From Flavobacteriales bacterium (GTDB lineage: Bacteria; Bacteroidota; Bacteroidia; Flavobacteriales_F; PHOS-HE28): 64,000 nucleotides of DNA. This document shows, piece by piece, positions 59,617 through 64,000 of the stretch. Position numbers and translations under genes: made by a program. The notes under the pieces were generated by a model. It ran no database searches. It saw nothing but the letters and a program-made list of their open reading frames with translations, and was not told the DNA's origin. Within the stretch, counting starts at the first letter, position 1, and each line of letters opens with the position of its first letter. The stretch is taken from the NCBI GenBank assembly GCA_019912395.1, contig JAIOIH010000026.1, positions 20,812-84,811 on the forward strand. The letters run 5' to 3'.

Positions 59617-60978
59617 CTACGCTCCGCCCAATAAGTCCACCCCGAGATAATTCGAAGGCGTAAGCGCACGCAACCGGACCTTCACGCGCTCCTCCACGTC
59701 GAGCGCTTCGATGAACGCGGCAATGTCCGCTTGGCCTATCCTTTCCTTGCCACGGGTGAGCGCTTTCAGCAGTTCGTAGGGCTCCGCATGGCCTTCCCGG
59801 CGCAGGATGGTCTGGATTCCTTCGGCCACCACGGCCCACTGGGCGTCCAGGTCGCGGGCGATCGCATTCTCGTTCAGGAGCAATTTGTCCAATCCCTGCA
59901 TGATGGCCCCGATGGCGATCGCCGTATGGGCCATGGGCACACCGATGTTGCGGGTCACGGTGCTGTCGGTGAGGTCGCGCTGCAGCCGGCTGATCGGCAG
60001 CTTTTCGCTGAGGTGGTTGAAGAGCGCGTTGGCGATGCCGAGGTTGCCCTCCGCGTTCTCGAAATCGATCGGGTTCACCTTGTGCGGCATGGCGGAAGAG
60101 CCCACTTCCCCGGCCTTCACGCGCTGGCGGAACCAGTCCATGCTGATGTATGCCCAGAGGTCGCGGCACAGGTCCACCAGGATGGTGTTGATGCGGCGCA
60201 TGGCATCGAAGAGGGCCGCCATGGAATCGTAGTGCTCGATCTGCGTGGTGAAGCGTTGCCGCTGAAGCCCCAGTTTTTCCTGCGTGAAACGGTCCGCCAA
60301 GCCTACCCAGTCCAGTTCGGGATAGGCGGCCAGGTGCGCGTTGAAATTGCCCGTGGCTCCGCCGAACTTGCAGGAGAAGGGGACTTCCCGCAGCGATCGG
60401 ACCTGATTGTCCAGGCGTTCGGTGAATACCTCCAGTTCCTTGCCCAAGCGCGTAGGGGAGGCCGGTTGTCCGTGGGTGCGTGCAAGCATGGGTACCTGCG
60501 CCCAGTCCAACGCCAGCCCATGGATCCGGTCCCGCAATGCCATGATGGATGGCAGGTAATGGTCCGTGGTGAACTCCTTCAACAGCAGGGGCAGCGCCGT
60601 GTTATTGATGTCCTGCGAGGTAAGCCCGAAGTGGATGAACTCCTTGGATGCTCCGATGCCGAGCCCTTCCAATTGTTCCTTCAGCCAGTACTCCACGGCC
60701 TTCACGTCGTGATTGGTGGTGCGCTCGATCGCTTTCACGGCGTGGGCATCCGCTTCGCTGAATGCCGCGATGCGCTTGGCCAATCCACTCAAGCTGCTGA
60801 GATCCGTGCCTTTCAGTTCCGGAAGTGGCACTTCGCAGAGGAAGCGGAACCAATGCAATTCCACAATGAGGCGGTAGCGGATCAGCGCCAGCTCGGAGAA
60901 CCAGGCGGCCAAGGAAGCCGTCCGGACACGATAGCGCCCGTCGATGGGGGAGATGGCGGTGAGCGGGTCAAGTTCCAT
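59617..60978 (-). CDS. purB: Adenylosuccinate lyase
   Basis: Trimmed to MELDPLTAISPIDGRYRVRTASL. Fumarate-lyase signature GSSAMPHKVNP. 453 aa. The upstream portion of the 596-aa track ORF is not coding-like. Confidence 0.92.
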   Translation of the reverse strand: MELDPLTAISPIDGRYRVRTASLAAWFSELALIRYRLIVELHWFRFLCEVPLPELKGTDLSSLSGLAKRIAAFSEADAHAVKAIERTTNHDVKAVEYWLKEQLEGLGIGASKEFIHFGLTSQDINNTALPLLLKEFTTDHYLPSIMALRDRIHGLALDWAQVPMLARTHGQPASPTRLGKELEVFTERLDNQVRSLREVPFSCKFGGATGNFNAHLAAYPELDWVGLADRFTQEKLGLQRQRFTTQIEHYDSMAALFDAMRRINTILVDLCRDLWAYISMDWFRQRVKAGEVGSSAMPHKVNPIDFENAEGNLGIANALFNHLSEKLPISRLQRDLTDSTVTRNIGVPMAHTAIAIGAIMQGLDKLLLNENAIARDLDAQWAVVAEGIQTILRREGHAEPYELLKALTRGKERIGQADIAAFIEALDVEERVKVRLRALTPSNYLGVDLLGGA

Positions 60979-61071
60979 GGGCGGTAAAAGTAGCCCGCCG
61001 GGCGGACCGTAAGGCGCATGATCGGGATCGGCACGGTCTTCGCCACCAGCGGGTACGCCTAAATTCGCACC

Positions 61072-61653
61072 ATGCAGATACCCACAATTATCCTCACCGC
61101 CTTCCTGCTGGCATTCACCACCAGTTGCAAGAACAAGCAGGAGGTGGCCGCCACCCCCGTAAAGAACCCGACCACCCAAGTGGCGGAAACCGGCGATCCC
61201 GCACCGGCGGTTTCGGAGAACGCGCCGGACCAACCGATGGAACCGGTTACCCCGACCAAGCTGGGCGACGACAGCGTGTTCTTCTCCATCGAGCGGACCG
61301 CCTGCTTCGGCACCTGCCCCACCTACAAGCTCACCATCATGCAGGACGGTTCCGCGACGTACGTGGGACGAAGGTTCGCCGAGCGTGAAGGGCGCTACAC
61401 CGGGCATGTGGATGCGGCCACGATGAACGCATTAAAGGAGGAGGCGGAAGCGCGGGGCTTCTATGCCATGGACGATGTGTACGACCGGGCTGTTACGGAC
61501 CTGCCGAGCGTGATCATCCGTGTGCATGCGGACCACGGGGACAAGCAAGTGGTCGGTCGGGTGGGCACGCCGCAGGCCTTCAAGAATTTCACCGTGAGGG
61601 CGGAGGAGCTATTGTCCAAGGTGGAATGGACCAAGGTTGGTGACCTGCGCTAG
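61072..61653 (+). CDS. DUF6438-like lipoprotein, hypothetical
   Basis: MQIPTIILTAFLLAFTTSC lipobox. Low-complexity linker. ACFGTCPTYKL motif. Confidence 0.5.
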   Translation: MQIPTIILTAFLLAFTTSCKNKQEVAATPVKNPTTQVAETGDPAPAVSENAPDQPMEPVTPTKLGDDSVFFSIERTACFGTCPTYKLTIMQDGSATYVGRRFAEREGRYTGHVDAATMNALKEEAEARGFYAMDDVYDRAVTDLPSVIIRVHADHGDKQVVGRVGTPQAFKNFTVRAEELLSKVEWTKVGDLR

Positions 61654-61799
61654 TTCCCGTGTTCCCGTATCCGTTCGCCACGGCTCAGCACCGCCTTTCC
61701 CATGGATGGCCGGCAGTTGCGGTAAAGCACTATTTTCGCGGCCCTGAACGGAAGCCGTTCCTTTTCCCATTTCCCTTAATCGAACTCAGACCGATCGAT

Positions 61800-64000
61800 A
61801 TGAAGAAGATCTTTTCCGCGCTCCTCGTAACCATGCTTGCGATGGGCAGCGCCTTTGCCGGAGAGGGCATGTGGCTGCTGAACAAGTTGAAACAGGTGAA
61901 CGAAGCGCAGATGCGCGAGCTGGGCTTCAAGCTCACTGCGGAGGACATCTACAGCCTGAACAAGGCGAGCATGAAGGATGCGGTAGCGCGGCTGGGCGGT
62001 GGCTTCTGCACCGGTGAAGTGGTAAGCGCCGACGGCCTCATGCTCACCAATCACCATTGCGGTTACTCGGCCATCCAGAGCCTGAGCACCCTTGAGGATG
62101 ACATCCTCACTGATGGCTTTTGGGCCATGAAGCGCGACCAGGAACGCCCTGCCGACTTCTCGGTCAGCTTCCTGCAATACATCACCGATGTGAGCGATAC
62201 GGTCCTTTCCTCCCTGAACTCCGAAATGAGCGAGGCCGAGCGCGATTCGGTCCTCGGCGTGATGGCGCGCGCGCTTGAAGGCCAGGCCACGGAAGGACAA
62301 CCACACATCCAAGCGGATTTCAAGTCGATGTTCGAGGGGAACGAATTCTATCTCTTCGTGTACAAGACCTACCCCGACGTGCGCCTCGTGGGCACGCCAC
62401 CCAATGCCATCGGCAAGTTCGGCGGTGATACCGACAACTGGCAGTGGCCCCGCCACACCGGCGACTTCAGCATGTTCCGCATCTACACCGGACCGGACGG
62501 CGAGCCTGCGGAATATGCAGTGGAGAACGTTCCCTTCAAGCCCAAGTGGCACTTCCCGGTGAGCTTGGACGGTGTGAAGAAGGGCGACTTCAGCATGATC
62601 ATGGGCTTCCCCGGCAGCACGGACCGTTTCCTCAACAGTGACGGCGTGAAGCTGGCCTTGGACGTGGAGCAGCCCAGCCGGGTGAAGATCCGTGGGGAGA
62701 AGCTCGATATCATGAAGAAGCACATGAACGCCAACAATGCCGTGCGCCTGAAGTACGCCGCCAAGCATGCCCAGGTCGCCAACTACTGGAAATACTTCAT
62801 CGGTCAGCAGAAAGGGCTGAAGGCCCAGCGTGTGTTCGACCGGAAGAAAGCCCAGGAGGACGATCTGATGGCGTGGGTGGACGCGGACCCCGTGCGCGAG
62901 GCCAAGTATGGCGAAGTGCGGAAGGACCTGAGCGAGGGCTATGCGGAGCGGGCCCAGTTCGAGAAGGCCAGTACCTACATGCAGGAAGCGGCCTTCGGCA
63001 GTGAAATGGTCGTCTTCGGATTCCGGGTGTACGGACTGATGATGCAGTTGGAGAAGGACCCCAAGGATGCCACGCGCATCGCGGCGTTGACGGACCGCGT
63101 GAAGGGCAGCGCACGGGATTTCTGGAAGGACTACGATCCGGCCACGGACCAGGAGGTCACGGCGGCCATGTTCAAGATGATCCACGCGGACGTGGACCCT
63201 GCGCAACAACCGGATGTGATCAAAACGGTAACGAAGAAGTACAAGGGTGATTTCAGCAAGTGGGCCGCGGCCGTGTTCAAGACCAGCGTGCTTACCGACA
63301 GCACCCGACTGATGGCCTTCCTGGCGAACCCCAAGCTGAAAACCCTGCAGAAGGACATGGGGATGCAGACCATGGTGAGCTGCCTGGGCCTCTATCGGAA
63401 CGATCTCGGCCCGGGTATCCAGGAAGCGCAAGTAAAGATCGACAAGGGCTACCGCCTGATGGTGGCGGCCATGCGCGAGAAGGACCCGGAGAAGATGTGG
63501 TACTCCAACGCGAACAGCACGGAGCGCCTCACCTACGGCATCGTGAACGATTACAGCCCTGCGGATGCCGTGCATTATGATCTCTCCACCACGCATATCG
63601 GGATCCTGCAGAAGGAGGATCCCACGAGCGATGAGTTCACCGTGCCCACACGCCAGAAGGAACTGCTTCTGGCCAAGGATTTCGGGCGCTACGGGAACAA
63701 CGACGGGAACCTTCCCATCTGCTTCATCAGTGAGAACGACATCACCGGAGGGAACAGCGGTAGCCCCGTGATCAACGGGAGCGGTGAGCTGATCGGCATC
63801 GCGTTCGACGGTAACTGGGAGGCCATGAGCGGCGACATCTCCTACGAGCCGGAACTGCAGCGCACCATCAGTGTGGATATCCGCTACGTGCTGTGGGTCA
63901 TCGATAAGTTCGCTGGGGCGAAGCACTTGGTGGACGAAATGACCGTGGTGAAGGCGCCCAAAGCGGTGGAACCCGCAGTGGAAACGGCCCCTGCCAAGCC
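61800..64000 (+). CDS. S46-family serine peptidase (dipeptidyl-peptidase 7/11-like). The 3' end runs off the window.
   Basis: My own translation from ATG 61800: MKKIFSALLVTMLAMGSAFAGEGMWLLNKL... (signal peptide then the GMW motif). HHC in LMLTNHHCGY. Catalytic-Ser motif GGNSGSPV near 63750. Not in the track because there is no stop in the window. The 716-aa minus ORF 61776..63926 is its antisense shadow. Confidence 0.85.
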   Translation, partial: MKKIFSALLVTMLAMGSAFAGEGMWLLNKLKQVNEAQMRELGFKLTAEDIYSLNKASMKDAVARLGGGFCTGEVVSADGLMLTNHHCGYSAIQSLSTLEDDILTDGFWAMKRDQERPADFSVSFLQYITDVSDTVLSSLNSEMSEAERDSVLGVMARALEGQATEGQPHIQADFKSMFEGNEFYLFVYKTYPDVRLVGTPPNAIGKFGGDTDNWQWPRHTGDFSMFRIYTGPDGEPAEYAVENVPFKPKWHFPVSLDGVKKGDFSMIMGFPGSTDRFLNSDGVKLALDVEQPSRVKIRGEKLDIMKKHMNANNAVRLKYAAKHAQVANYWKYFIGQQKGLKAQRVFDRKKAQEDDLMAWVDADPVREAKYGEVRKDLSEGYAERAQFEKASTYMQEAAFGSEMVVFGFRVYGLMMQLEKDPKDATRIAALTDRVKGSARDFWKDYDPATDQEVTAAMFKMIHADVDPAQQPDVIKTVTKKYKGDFSKWAAAVFKTSVLTDSTRLMAFLANPKLKTLQKDMGMQTMVSCLGLYRNDLGPGIQEAQVKIDKGYRLMVAAMREKDPEKMWYSNANSTERLTYGIVNDYSPADAVHYDLSTTHIGILQKEDPTSDEFTVPTRQKELLLAKDFGRYGNNDGNLPICFISENDITGGNSGSPVINGSGELIGIAFDGNWEAMSGDISYEPELQRTISVDIRYVLWVIDKFAGAKHLVDEMTVVKAPKAVEPAVETAPAK

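Noticed and set aside
59731-60987. 418-aa plus-strand ORF
   Set aside because: Antisense to purB.
61776-63926. 716-aa minus-strand ORF
   Set aside because: It is the antisense shadow of the S46 peptidase gene on the plus strand, which shows the GMW, HHC and GNSGSPV motifs. Its composition (H/R/G/A-rich) is typical of high-GC antisense ORFs.

Overview
This is a 64 kb window of high-GC (about 60-65 % by eye) chromosome that looks like it comes from a Bacteroidota genome.

The taxonomic call rests on the following, all read from the translated ORFs:
- Five predicted secreted proteins end in a type A T9SS C-terminal sorting domain, with the characteristic (K/R)V(Y/H/V)PNPA motif.
- One protein ends in a type B (CHU_C / gliding-motility) sorting domain.
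- A PorV/PorQ-like outer-membrane protein is present.
- No Shine-Dalgarno sequences are seen, and TAnnTTTG-type -7 boxes occur upstream of some genes.
- A tmRNA encodes the tag GNTEYALAA.

Gene content is mostly housekeeping:
- hpt, adk, obg.
- An obg-PAP2-crcB-alkaline-phosphatase run with overlapping stop/start codons.
- A TCA-cycle pair, icd and acnA.
- dnaX.
- The rpsF-rpsR-rplI ribosomal operon.
- purB, ltaE, and L-2-hydroxyglutarate oxidase.
- A fatty-acid beta-oxidation cluster (MarR, 3-hydroxyacyl-CoA dehydrogenase / enoyl-CoA hydratase, thiolase, acyl-CoA dehydrogenase).
- Many secreted, outer-membrane and lipoprotein genes.

Features worth a second look:
1. A lower-GC single-gene insertion sits between the fadB-like and thiolase genes. 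It encodes an AlbA_2/Schlafen + HATPase_c_4 putative DNA-binding ATPase, flanked by a repeat-bearing spacer.
2. dnaX contains an A9 homopolymer at about codon 380. Both alternative frames hit stop codons within 2-4 codons, the classic signature of tau/gamma production by frameshifting or transcriptional slippage.
3. A tmRNA gene is followed by a perfect 19-bp terminator hairpin and a small, lower-GC GIY-YIG nuclease gene.
4. A 168-bp tandem repeat (about 2.2 copies), each unit carrying a perfect 16-bp palindrome, lies between rplI and a ThrE-family gene.
5. There is a dense cluster of T9SS cargo genes (BNR, Kelch, LRR-like, SBBP, glycoside hydrolase).
6. Three small outer-membrane beta-barrel paralogs sit in tandem.
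7. A palindromic repeat set lies in the promoter region of the methyltransferase / acyl-CoA dehydrogenase unit.

No CRISPR array, IS element or rRNA gene was seen. No tRNA gene was seen other than the tRNA-like domain of the tmRNA.

The sequence is GC-rich, so long antisense 'shadow' ORFs are common in the six-frame track. I did not call them. The track also uses TTG/GTG starts in places; I corrected starts to ATG codons with signal peptides where visible. Coordinates may be off by a few nucleotides.
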